Source: Delftia acidovorans NBRC 14950
GTDB lineage: Bacteria > Pseudomonadota > Gammaproteobacteria > Burkholderiales > Burkholderiaceae_C
Reading direction: 5' to 3'
Assembly: GCF_001598795.1 (NCBI RefSeq)
Contig: NZ_BCZP01000036.1
Coordinates: forward strand, 1 to 32,000
Length of the DNA stretch: 32,000 nt
The notes under the pieces were generated by a model. That model did no database searches and was not told the origin of the DNA. It saw only the letters and a list, made by a program, of their open reading frames with translations. Made by a program: the position numbers and the translations under genes. Shown in pieces: positions 8,866-16,666 of the stretch (position 1 is its first letter; each line of letters opens with the position of its first letter).

Positions 8866-9774
8866 ATGGCTTCCAAAGCATCTTCCTCATCCGCGCCCGT
8901 ACCCGCTTCCTGCTACATGCAATGCGCGGGCTACGAGATCCACTACATGGACTGGCAGCCCGCGCCCGATGTGGCGCCAGCGGGCACCGTCGTCGCCTGG
9001 CACGGGCTGGCACGCACGGGGCGTGATATGGATGCACTGGCGCAGTTCCTGGCAGGCCAGGGCTGGCGCGTGATCTGCCCCGACACGCCGGGCCGGGGCC
9101 TGAGCCAGTGGAGCCGCACGCCGCGCGAGGAATACCGGCTGGGCTTCTACGCCCGCATTGCGCGCGGGCTGTTCGATGCGCTGGGGCTGGAGCGCGCGCA
9201 CTGGGTGGGCACGTCCATGGGCGGGGCGATCGGCACGGTCTGCGCATCGGGCCTGTTCGAGCCGTCGCTGCGCGCACGCATTGCGACGCTGGTGCTCAAT
9301 GACAACGCGCCGCAGCTGGCCGAGTCGGCGCTGGCACGCATCAAGGCCTATGCGGGCGAGCCGCCGGCCTTCGACACCGTGGGCGAGCTGGAGGCGTTCT
9401 TTCGCCAGGCCTACCGGCCCTATGGCTGGCTCAGCGACTCCGAGTGGCGCAAGCTCACCGAGACCAGCGTGCGCCGCCTGCCCGATGGGCGCGTCACGCC
9501 GCACTACGACCCGGCCATGATCGAGCAGTTCACGGCCCATGACGACGACTACGGCATCTGGCCGCACTACGACGCGCTGGAGATCCCCGTGCTGCTGCTG
9601 CGCGGCGTGGACTCGGACCTGGTGCTGCCCGAGGTGGCCCGGGAAATGACCACGCGCGGCCCCGGCGCGCGCGGCCTGCTGCACTGGCAGGAGGTGCCCG
9701 GCTGCGGCCATGCGCCGGCGCTGAACGTGCCCGCGCACTGGCAATGGGTGCTGGAGCATCTGCAGCGCGGCTGA
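8866..9774 (+). CDS. Alpha/beta-fold hydrolase
   Basis: Nucleophile elbow GTSMGG and late GCGHAP histidine motif. No obvious signal peptide. Start uncertain (ATG 8866, or GTG 8797 overlapping the upstream stop). Confidence 0.7.
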   Translation: MASKASSSSAPVPASCYMQCAGYEIHYMDWQPAPDVAPAGTVVAWHGLARTGRDMDALAQFLAGQGWRVICPDTPGRGLSQWSRTPREEYRLGFYARIARGLFDALGLERAHWVGTSMGGAIGTVCASGLFEPSLRARIATLVLNDNAPQLAESALARIKAYAGEPPAFDTVGELEAFFRQAYRPYGWLSDSEWRKLTETSVRRLPDGRVTPHYDPAMIEQFTAHDDDYGIWPHYDALEIPVLLLRGVDSDLVLPEVAREMTTRGPGARGLLHWQEVPGCGHAPALNVPAHWQWVLEHLQRG

Positions 9775-9883
9775 GCATCAACCCGGGCCGGGCGCGGATG
9801 TTGCTGCCGCGCTAGCATTTGCGACGGGTGCAGCCTCGCCTTCTTTTCGGGCGCGGGCACCGTCTGGGCAAGAGAGGCCTGAC

Positions 9884-10879
9884 ATGGGTTTTCTGGTGGA
9901 GCTGATCCGCGAGTACGGCTTCGGCATCGTCTTTCTCAATGTGTTCGTCGAACAACTGGGTGCGCCGATTCCGGCCTACCCGGTGCTGGTCGTGACCGGC
10001 GCGCTGGAAGGCGCCGACTGGGTGCGCCTGCTGTGGCTGGTGGCCGTGGCCGTGAGCGCGGCGCTGATTGCCGACCTGTTCTGGTACCAGGCCGGCAAGG
10101 TCTACGGCCACCGGGTGCTGGGGCGCATCTGCCGCATCTCGCTGTCGCCCGATGCCTGCATCCGCCAGACCGAGACCGTCTATGGCCGCTGGGGCGCAAG
10201 GTCGCTGCTGGTGGCCAAGTTCGTGCCGGGGTTTGCCTCCATCGCCAGCGCGCTGGCCGGGGTGATGGGCACGCCGCTGCGCAGCTTTGTGCTGTATGAC
10301 GGGCTGGGTGCGCTGATCTGGGTAGGCTCGGCCGTGTACCTGGGCTCGCTGTTCAGCTCCACGGTGGAAGACCTGCTGGGCGTGCTCACGGCGCTGGGCC
10401 AGTGGGGCCTGTTGCTGCTGGGCGTGGCGCTGGGGCTGTTCATCGTGCGCAAGTGGTGGCAGCGCCATCGCATGGTGCGTTCATTGCGCATGCCGCGCAT
10501 GTCGGTGCGCGAACTGGCGGGCCTGCACGCCCAGGGCATGGAGCCCACGGTGATCGATGTGCGCGCTCTGCCGCAGTACCGCCAGGGCCATATCCCCGGC
10601 GCCCAGTCCTGGGAGCTGCGCCCGCGCGATGGCGGCGAGTCGCATGCGCACCTGCTGCCCCAGCACGACCATCCCCACGGGCTGGTGATCTACTGCGACT
10701 GCCCCAACGAGATATCCGCCGCCCGCCTGGCGCGCCAGCTGCAGCGCGCCGGCTTTGCCAACGTGCGCCCGCTGGTGGGCGGCCTCAAGGCCTGGCAGGC
10801 GGCTGGCTTCGACGTGGAAACCGCGCCGCTGCCCGTGACGGCCAGCGCGGACGAGGGGCCGGCGCCCAGCGTGCCCTGA
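9884..10879 (+). CDS. DedA/VTT-family membrane protein fused to a C-terminal rhodanese domain
   Basis: N-terminal FLNVFVEQLGAPIPAYPVLV and KFVPGF (DedA). C-terminal VIDVR...GHIPGA...YCDCPNEISAARLA...GGLKAW (rhodanese). AGAGAGG RBS. Confidence 0.75.
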   Translation: MGFLVELIREYGFGIVFLNVFVEQLGAPIPAYPVLVVTGALEGADWVRLLWLVAVAVSAALIADLFWYQAGKVYGHRVLGRICRISLSPDACIRQTETVYGRWGARSLLVAKFVPGFASIASALAGVMGTPLRSFVLYDGLGALIWVGSAVYLGSLFSSTVEDLLGVLTALGQWGLLLLGVALGLFIVRKWWQRHRMVRSLRMPRMSVRELAGLHAQGMEPTVIDVRALPQYRQGHIPGAQSWELRPRDGGESHAHLLPQHDHPHGLVIYCDCPNEISAARLARQLQRAGFANVRPLVGGLKAWQAAGFDVETAPLPVTASADEGPAPSVP

Positions 10880-10905
10880 CCTTGACCTTGACCTTGGCCT
10901 TGGCC
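10874..10905. repeat. Hexanucleotide microsatellite (CCYTGR) x5
   Basis: ccctga ccttga ccttga ccttgg ccttgg cc. Spans the stop of the DedA-rhodanese gene through the stop of the convergent miniprotein ORF. Confidence 0.85.
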
Positions 10906-11078
10906 TATTTGCCCGCCGGCATCGAGCAGTGCCCGCCTTGCGTGGCCTTGCCCGAGCCGGCCGCAATCAGCGGCGCCTCGAAGCGCAGGTCCACGGGGGG
11001 CGAGTGCAGGTGGTCCCAGGCCAGGAAGAGGACGAGCACGGCCCAGAAGACCGCGCGCAGGGTGTTTTGCTGTGTCAT
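10905..11078 (-). CDS. 57-aa predicted single-pass membrane miniprotein, unknown function
   Basis: ATG 11078 lies 11 nt after the yeeE stop, with GAGAGGA 6 nt upstream. Nearly all codons end in G or C, like host genes. TM segment AVFWAVLVLFLAW. Single Cys near the C-terminus. Confidence 0.45.
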   Translation of the reverse strand: MTQQNTLRAVFWAVLVLFLAWDHLHSPPVDLRFEAPLIAAGSGKATQGGHCSMPAGK

Positions 11079-11089
11079 GGCAGGTCCTC

Positions 11090-12202
11090 TCAGAAATTGA
11101 AGTGGCGGCGGATGCGCAGGCCGAAGATGGTGCCGGCAAACGCCAGCGGCACCCAGATCCAGCCGTGGATGCTGCCCGTGGAGATGCCCGAGAGCATGGC
11201 GCCCACATTGCAGCCGAAGGCCAGGCGCGAGCTGTAGCCCAGCACCAGGCCGGCCACCAGGGCCACCATCCATTGCGTGCCCGTGAGCGGCTTGGCATTG
11301 ACGGGCTTGGCGGCAGCCACCCACAGGGCGCCGCCCAGGATGCCGATGTTGGTGATGCTGGTCACGTCCAGCAGCACGGTCTCGTGCAGGCGCGCGGCGT
11401 TGCCGGGCTGGCTCCAGAACCAGTTGCCAGCCAGGTCCACGGCGCCTGTGGCGTTGGCGATCTTGGCGGCCCACAGGCCGAAGCCGTAGACCACGCCCCA
11501 GGGCTGGCCCGCAATGACGAGGTTGAGCGTGGCCAGCACGGCCAGCAGCACGGCACCCACCACCCACTTGCGCACGAACAGCGGCTTGGCCGGGCGCTTG
11601 AGTGCCATGTTGGCGCCACGCACATACCAGGCCACGCCCAGCGCGACCACGGCCAGCGCCGCCAGCGTGGCCAGCAGGGCAGGGGCCCAGCCCCAGGCCG
11701 TGACCAGGCCCACGGGCTGGGTGTTGCCCAGGTCCAGCCACCAGCCCAGGTGCAGGCTTCCCAGGAAGCTGCCGATGGCGAACACGGGCAGGATGGCCGC
11801 GTTCATGGGAATGCCCATGCCGGCCTTGTACAGCGTGCCGCTGCCGCAGCCGTCCGCGATCTGCATGCACAGGCCGAAGACGAAGGCGCCTATCAGCAGG
11901 CTGATGCTGGGCGGGCCCAGGGCGGCCGTGAGTTCGGGATAGTGGCCCAGCAGCGGCATGGCCAGCGCGGCGGCCAGCGCCAGCAGCAGCAACTGGCCGA
12001 AGACGCCGCTGGCGTCCTTGTCCTCGATCAGCATGCGCCAGCCCGTGGTGAAGCCGAAGCGCTTGCCGGCCAGCACCGCGCCCAGGCCCAGGCCCACGGC
12101 GAACAGCGCGGCCTGGCGCACCGAGACGCTCCACAGCAGCCAGCCAAAGAAAACGGCCAGGATGGCCGCAAGAGGAAGTCGTTTCATATCATTTTTCTCC
12201 AT
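11090..12202 (-). CDS. YeeE/YedE-family sulfur (thiosulfate) transport membrane protein
   Basis: Family hallmarks ADGCGSGTLYKAG and RLAFGCNVGAMLSG. Polytopic. GGAGG 8 nt before ATG 12202 (ATG 12187 is an alternative). Longer ORF to 12550 rejected. Confidence 0.8.
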   Translation of the reverse strand: MEKNDMKRLPLAAILAVFFGWLLWSVSVRQAALFAVGLGLGAVLAGKRFGFTTGWRMLIEDKDASGVFGQLLLLALAAALAMPLLGHYPELTAALGPPSISLLIGAFVFGLCMQIADGCGSGTLYKAGMGIPMNAAILPVFAIGSFLGSLHLGWWLDLGNTQPVGLVTAWGWAPALLATLAALAVVALGVAWYVRGANMALKRPAKPLFVRKWVVGAVLLAVLATLNLVIAGQPWGVVYGFGLWAAKIANATGAVDLAGNWFWSQPGNAARLHETVLLDVTSITNIGILGGALWVAAAKPVNAKPLTGTQWMVALVAGLVLGYSSRLAFGCNVGAMLSGISTGSIHGWIWVPLAFAGTIFGLRIRRHFNF

Positions 12203-12205
12203 GCA

Positions 12206-12277
12206 GTCGCCCTCCCCCGCGAAGCGGGTAGAGAGGCGCCGTGCCACGGGGGAAGGCGCGAAGCGCCTCAGGGGGTG
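12206..12277. repeat. GC-rich REP-like double-hairpin element, copy A
   Basis: CCCGC-GAA-GCGGG and GGCGC-GAA-GCGCC stem-loops. Its reverse complement aligns with 16497..16553 apart from a ~13-nt indel. Confidence 0.6.
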
Positions 12278-12278
12278 T

Positions 12279-13253
12279 TTATTTGAACTTTTTTTCCCAC
12301 CACTGCTTGGCGTCGTAGGCCAGGGATTCGGCGCGGCCGGGCTGGTTGGCCATGGGCGGCGCATCGGCCTGCTGCGTCCAGTCCACCATGGAGCCCGCAT
12401 ACAGCTTGACGCCCGGCAGGCCCGCGACTTCGGACAGGCCGAACCAGTCGGTGGCTGCCCAGTGGCCGGTGTTGCAGAAGGCCACCATGTCCTGGCCGTG
12501 CTCGCGCTTGACCTTGGCCGCGATCTGCTTGGCCGTGGCGGTATCGACAAAGGTGGAAGTGCCGGGCACGAACCACTGGTTGAAGTCCAGCTGCTGCGCG
12601 CCGGGCAAGGTGCCCGAGAGCTTGGCGGCCGGGGCGCGGGTCTTGCCCTGGTAGAAGGCGTCGGGGCGCGAGTCCACCAGGGCGGCGTTGCTGAGCCTGA
12701 CGTGCTGGCCCACGTCCTCGCGCGTGGCGATCAGGCTGGTGTCGAGCTGGGGCTGGTAGCTGCTGCGGGCCACTTTGACGGCCTCGTTGTCCTGCGGGAG
12801 CTTTTGCTCGTTCCAGGCCTTCATGCCGCCGTTGAGCACGGACAGCTCCTTGAGGCCCAGGAGCTTGAGCGTCCAGTACACGCGCGCTGCGGCGCCGAAG
12901 TCGGTGGCGTCCGCGCCCGTGGAGACCACGATGGCGTGGGTGGCCGGCGTCAGCCCCAGGGACTGCACGAGTTCGGTGAGCTTGGGCAGCTCGGGCAGTT
13001 CACCAGGGTTGGTGGCGGGGCCGCGCCATTTGCCGTAGGGGGCGTTGAGCGCACCGGGAATGTGGCGCTCGCCATAGGACTTGGGATCGCGGATGTCGAT
13101 GATGCGCACGGCGTCCTGGCCGGCGGCGGCCTGCATGCCGGCAGGGGTGAGCAGGGGTTCGGCGGCGTGGGCCGTGCCGAAGGCGGTGCAGGCGAGGCCG
13201 AGCGCCAGCAGCGGGGCCGCCAGGCGCAGAGCGGGGGAAAAGGTCTTGGTCAT
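12279..13253 (-). CDS. Periplasmic two-domain rhodanese (thiosulfate/3-mercaptopyruvate sulfurtransferase-like)
   Basis: Signal peptide ending AHA-AEP. HIPGALN motif. Active-site loop FCNTGHWAA. Confidence 0.8.
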   Translation of the reverse strand: MTKTFSPALRLAAPLLALGLACTAFGTAHAAEPLLTPAGMQAAAGQDAVRIIDIRDPKSYGERHIPGALNAPYGKWRGPATNPGELPELPKLTELVQSLGLTPATHAIVVSTGADATDFGAAARVYWTLKLLGLKELSVLNGGMKAWNEQKLPQDNEAVKVARSSYQPQLDTSLIATREDVGQHVRLSNAALVDSRPDAFYQGKTRAPAAKLSGTLPGAQQLDFNQWFVPGTSTFVDTATAKQIAAKVKREHGQDMVAFCNTGHWAATDWFGLSEVAGLPGVKLYAGSMVDWTQQADAPPMANQPGRAESLAYDAKQWWEKKFK

Positions 13254-13399
13254 GATGGCTGGGGCCGGTCATGGAAGACCGGCGGAACAAGCAACTGGAG
13301 TGCAATTGTCCCGCTTGCAGCATCTATATACAAAGACGCTTATGCATTCTGCTCATGAGGCAGGGTTATATGGCGCGGCGCAGAAGATGCAGAACGGCC

Positions 13400-14497
13400 T
13401 CAGCGCTGTGCGCCCACGGCCTTGGCGCGCTCCAGGCTGGCGTCCAGTTCGGCCTGCGGCGCCTTCTGCGTGGGCCAGCCCTGCATATGCTGCTGGGCGA
13501 TGCGGCTCAGCGCCGTGATCCAGGGTGCGCTGTCGTTGAGGCAGGCGATGTACTCGAACTGCTCGCCGCCCGCATGCATGAAGGCCTCGCGCGCTTCCTG
13601 GCTGATTTCCTCCAGCGTTTCCAGGCAGTCGCTGGTGAAGCCGGGGCAGACCACGTCCACCCGTTTGGTGCCGCTGCGTGCCAGCTCGATCAGCGAGGGC
13701 TCGGTATAGGGCTCCAGCCATTTGGCCTTGCCAAAGCGCGACTGGAAGGTCACCAGGTATTGCGAGGGCGACAGGCCCAGGCGCTCGGCCAGCAGGCGTG
13801 CGGTCTTGCGCGATTCGCAGTGGTAGGGGTCGCCCAGGTGCAGCGTGCGCTCGGGCACGCCATGAAAGCTCATGACCAGTTTCTCGCCACGGCCGTTGCC
13901 GCGCCAGTGGGCCTCGATGCGCTGGGCCAGCGCGTCGATGTAGGCGGCATCGTCGTGGTAGCGGTTGACGAAGCGCAGCTCGGGAATATGGCGCTGGGTG
14001 CGGGCCCAGTCATAGACCGCATCGAACACGCTGGCCGTGGTCGTGCCGGAGTACTGCGGGTACAGCGGCAGGATGAGGATGCGCGTGGCGCCCTCGGCCT
14101 TGAGGGCATCGAGCACGCTGGGGATGGACGGGTTGCCGTAGCGCATGGCATGGCGCACCAGCACGTTGTGCCCGGCCTCGCCCAGCCAGCCGCGCAGCAG
14201 CAGGGCCTGGCGCGCGCTCCAGTGCTGAAGGGGGGAGCCGTCCTTCTCATGCCAGACGGTGGCGTATTTGGCCGCCGACTTGGCCGGCCGCGTGCGCAGG
14301 ATGATGCCGTGCAGGATGGGCAGCCAGGCAATCCTGGGGATCTCGACCACGCGGTCGTCGCCCAGGAATTGCGCCAGGTAGCGGCGCACGGCCGGGGCCG
14401 TGGGCGCGTCGGGCGTTCCAAGGTTGCACAGCAGCACGGCGGTGCGCTGGGGTTGGTCGTGGCGGAATGGAGGTTCTGGCGCGAAGCGGGAAGGCAT
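13400..14497 (-). CDS. hemH: Ferrochelatase
   Basis: AVLLCNLGTPDAPT, RYLAQFLGDDRVVEIPR, LILPLYPQYSGTTT, SFHGVP, CPGFTSDCLETLEEI. Start taken at MPSRF (ATG 14497). Confidence 0.9.
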   Translation of the reverse strand: MPSRFAPEPPFRHDQPQRTAVLLCNLGTPDAPTAPAVRRYLAQFLGDDRVVEIPRIAWLPILHGIILRTRPAKSAAKYATVWHEKDGSPLQHWSARQALLLRGWLGEAGHNVLVRHAMRYGNPSIPSVLDALKAEGATRILILPLYPQYSGTTTASVFDAVYDWARTQRHIPELRFVNRYHDDAAYIDALAQRIEAHWRGNGRGEKLVMSFHGVPERTLHLGDPYHCESRKTARLLAERLGLSPSQYLVTFQSRFGKAKWLEPYTEPSLIELARSGTKRVDVVCPGFTSDCLETLEEISQEAREAFMHAGGEQFEYIACLNDSAPWITALSRIAQQHMQGWPTQKAPQAELDASLERAKAVGAQR

Positions 14498-14588
14498 GGG
14501 GCCGATTGTGGCAGGACGGAGCCGCCTGCCGCGCGAGTCGGATGACCCGGCTGCTGCCGGCAACGGCTGCCTTCGCTATGCTCGAACC

Positions 14589-15359
14589 ATGTCCCAAGCC
14601 ACCATCGCCCCCCTCGCCGAATCCTCATTTGCCCCTGCACTGACCGCCTTGCAGCAGTTGCGCCGCAGCGGCCGCATCCGCGCCATATCCATCGATCTGG
14701 ATGACACGCTGTGGCCTGTGTGGCCGGCCATCTCGCGTGCCGAACAGGTGCTGCTGGACTGGCTGCACACCCATGCGCCGGCCACTGCCGCGGCGCTGCG
14801 CGACGTGGCCGCCGTGCGCGCCATCCGCGTGCAGATCGAGCGCGATCGTCCCGACCTGGCCCATGACCTGAGCGGCCTGCGCCGCGAGTCCATCCGCCTG
14901 GCGCTGCAGCGCAATGGCGACGATGGCGGCCTGGCGGAAACGGCCTTCGATATCTTCTTTGCCGAGCGCCAGCGCGTGGACCTGTACGAGGACGCGCTGC
15001 CCGCCCTGCAGTTCCTGGCCGCGCGCTGGCCCGTGGTGGCCTTGAGCAATGGCAACGCCAGCGTGCATGTGGTGGGCATCGGCGAGCATTTCCATGCCGC
15101 GCTGAGCGCCAGCAAGGCCGGCATGGCAAAGCCCGATGTGCGCTTTTTCCACGCGGCAGCGGCAGCGGCAGGCGTGGCGCCTGACGAGGTACTGCACATT
15201 GGCGACGACGCGCGACTCGATGCGCTGGGCGCCATGGATGCGGGTATGCACGCAGTCTGGCTCAACCGCACGGGCGTAGCATGGCCTCACGAGGGGTCCA
15301 CGCCCCACGTCACGGTGGCCAGCCTTGCGCAGTTGTGCCAGGGGCTGGCTGACAGCTGA
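14589..15359 (+). CDS. HAD-superfamily hydrolase (subfamily IA-like)
   Basis: Motif I ISIDLDDTLW. C-terminal HIGDD motif. ATG 14589, divergent from hemH. Confidence 0.75.
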   Translation: MSQATIAPLAESSFAPALTALQQLRRSGRIRAISIDLDDTLWPVWPAISRAEQVLLDWLHTHAPATAAALRDVAAVRAIRVQIERDRPDLAHDLSGLRRESIRLALQRNGDDGGLAETAFDIFFAERQRVDLYEDALPALQFLAARWPVVALSNGNASVHVVGIGEHFHAALSASKAGMAKPDVRFFHAAAAAAGVAPDEVLHIGDDARLDALGAMDAGMHAVWLNRTGVAWPHEGSTPHVTVASLAQLCQGLADS

Positions 15360-15389
15360 CCCTGCCTGCCCGCGAAGCCGCGCCATGCC

Positions 15390-16223
15390 ATGCCCACCAG
15401 CCACAGCACCGCTTTCTTCCACCCCCCCGTCCTCCCCGCCGTGCGCAGCATCGGCTGGAAACACCCCCTGAGCTGGCTGGCGCGTGGCGCGCGCGACATG
15501 GCCAGGGCACCCTGGCTGAGCCTGGCTCATGGCCTGGTCTTGACCTTGATCGGGTTTTTGATCTTGACGCTGGGGCACAATCGCTTTTGGCTGATGGCCG
15601 GGGCCCTGTCGGGGTTCCTGATCGTCGGCCCTGTCGTGGCAACCAGCCTCTACGCCATCAGCCGTGCGCTGGAGCGTGGCGAGCGCGCCGACCTGTCCCT
15701 GGTGCGCAGCACCTGGATGCGCTGGCAAAGCGGCCACGCGTCCAAGGCTGAGGGGCAGGGCGGCTACTGGTGCCTGGTGCAGTTCGGGCTGCTGCTGTCG
15801 CTGGCGGCCACGGGCTGGGTGCTGGTGTCGGCCTCGCTGATCACCGTGCTCTCGCCCGTGCGCATCGCCACTCCGGCGGATTTCGTGCAGCACGTGGTGC
15901 TGGCCCGCGACGGGCAGTTGTTTGCGATATGGCTGGCGCTGGGCAGTTTTCTGGCAGCGCCTATTTTTGCGTCCAGCGTGGTGGCCATGCCGCTGATGCT
16001 GGACAGGCGGGTGACGGTGCGCCAGGCCGTGCTGACCAGTTGGTTGGCCGTGCTGGCCAACCCTGTGCCTCTGGCACTGTGGGCCGCCCTCATTGTGTTG
16101 TTGACCCTGCTGGGCCTGGGCAGCTGGCTGCTGGGACTGGTGGCCGTGATGCCCCTGCTGGGGCACGCGAGCTGGCACGCGTACCGCGATCTGGTCGATG
16201 CGTCGGCCTTTCCGGCGCGTTGA
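15390..16223 (+). CDS. DUF2189-like integral membrane protein
   Basis: Polytopic. SIGWKHPLSWLARGARDM...GFLIVGPVVATSLYAISR pattern typical of the COG5473/DUF2189 family (recognised by eye). Confidence 0.6.
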   Translation: MPTSHSTAFFHPPVLPAVRSIGWKHPLSWLARGARDMARAPWLSLAHGLVLTLIGFLILTLGHNRFWLMAGALSGFLIVGPVVATSLYAISRALERGERADLSLVRSTWMRWQSGHASKAEGQGGYWCLVQFGLLLSLAATGWVLVSASLITVLSPVRIATPADFVQHVVLARDGQLFAIWLALGSFLAAPIFASSVVAMPLMLDRRVTVRQAVLTSWLAVLANPVPLALWAALIVLLTLLGLGSWLLGLVAVMPLLGHASWHAYRDLVDASAFPAR

Positions 16224-16279
16224 GCCGGGCGGGCCCGGACCGGCCGGGCCTGCAGGAGAGGATGTAGGACGGTGTTGTC

Positions 16280-16492
16280 GTGATATTCGGGTATACAGAA
16301 GAACAGATCGCCCATTTCTTCCTCACCTATGGCGTGGGGGCCTTCATCCTCTTCATGGTGTTCATCATCCTGCAGCTGGCGCGCCAGTCCAAGGCAGGAA
16401 AGTTCGGCACCTTCGTGATCTTCCTGGGCCTGGGCGTGGGCTTTGTCGGCTACATCGCCAAGATCGTCATCCAGTGGTGGATGGAAAAATGA
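16280..16492 (+). CDS. DUF2788-like small membrane protein (70 aa)
   Basis: GTG start. Two TM helices flanking QLARQSKAGKFGTF, as I recall for the DUF2788 family. Confidence 0.55.
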   Translation: MIFGYTEEQIAHFFLTYGVGAFILFMVFIILQLARQSKAGKFGTFVIFLGLGVGFVGYIAKIVIQWWMEK

Positions 16493-16496
16493 TCGT

Positions 16497-16553
16497 CACC
16501 CCCTGAGCCGCTGCGCGGCTTCCCCCTCTCTCGCTTCGCGGGAGGGGGACGAC
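16497..16553. repeat. GC-rich REP-like double-hairpin element, copy B (inverted relative to copy A)
   Basis: caccccctgagccgctgcgcggcttccccc...tctctcgcttcgcgggagggggacgac. Sits in the convergent gap between the DUF2788 gene and the Bug gene. Confidence 0.6.
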
Positions 16554-16666
16554 ACCCTCGCGGCGGGGCGGCCCTTGCTCGGTGTCCCAGGCTTTGGGCT
16601 GCGTCGGGTTTTTGTGCCCTGCTCAGCGCGCCTATCTTCCTGGCCTGCCTGCTCCTTGCTGCGCCT

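Noticed and set aside
6569-9277. 902-aa minus-strand ORF
   Set aside because: Antisense to the well-supported 3HBOH and alpha/beta hydrolase genes. The Arg/Ala/Gly/His-rich composition is typical of out-of-frame translation of high-GC DNA. No motifs.
10905-13358. Long alternate-frame ORFs 10905..12134(-) upstream portion, 11072..12286(+), 11958..13358(+) and 11090..12550(-) N-terminal extension
   Set aside because: They overlap the YeeE and rhodanese genes. Only the last 57 codons of 10905..12134 (from ATG 11078) show an RBS and host-like codon bias. The YeeE extension beyond 12202 crosses the REP-like element and the rhodanese gene.
13254-13399. AT-rich patch and CCGGTC-N6-GACCGG hairpin upstream of the rhodanese gene as a defined promoter or CysB site
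   Set aside because: No convincing -35/-10 pair or recognised regulator motif could be aligned by eye. Left uncalled.
13271-16178. ORFs 13271..14545(+), 13870..15129(-) and 14625..16178(-), and the 14400 start of the HAD ORF
   Set aside because: They shadow hemH, the HAD gene and the DUF2189 gene. The HAD gene is better started at ATG 14589, outside hemH.
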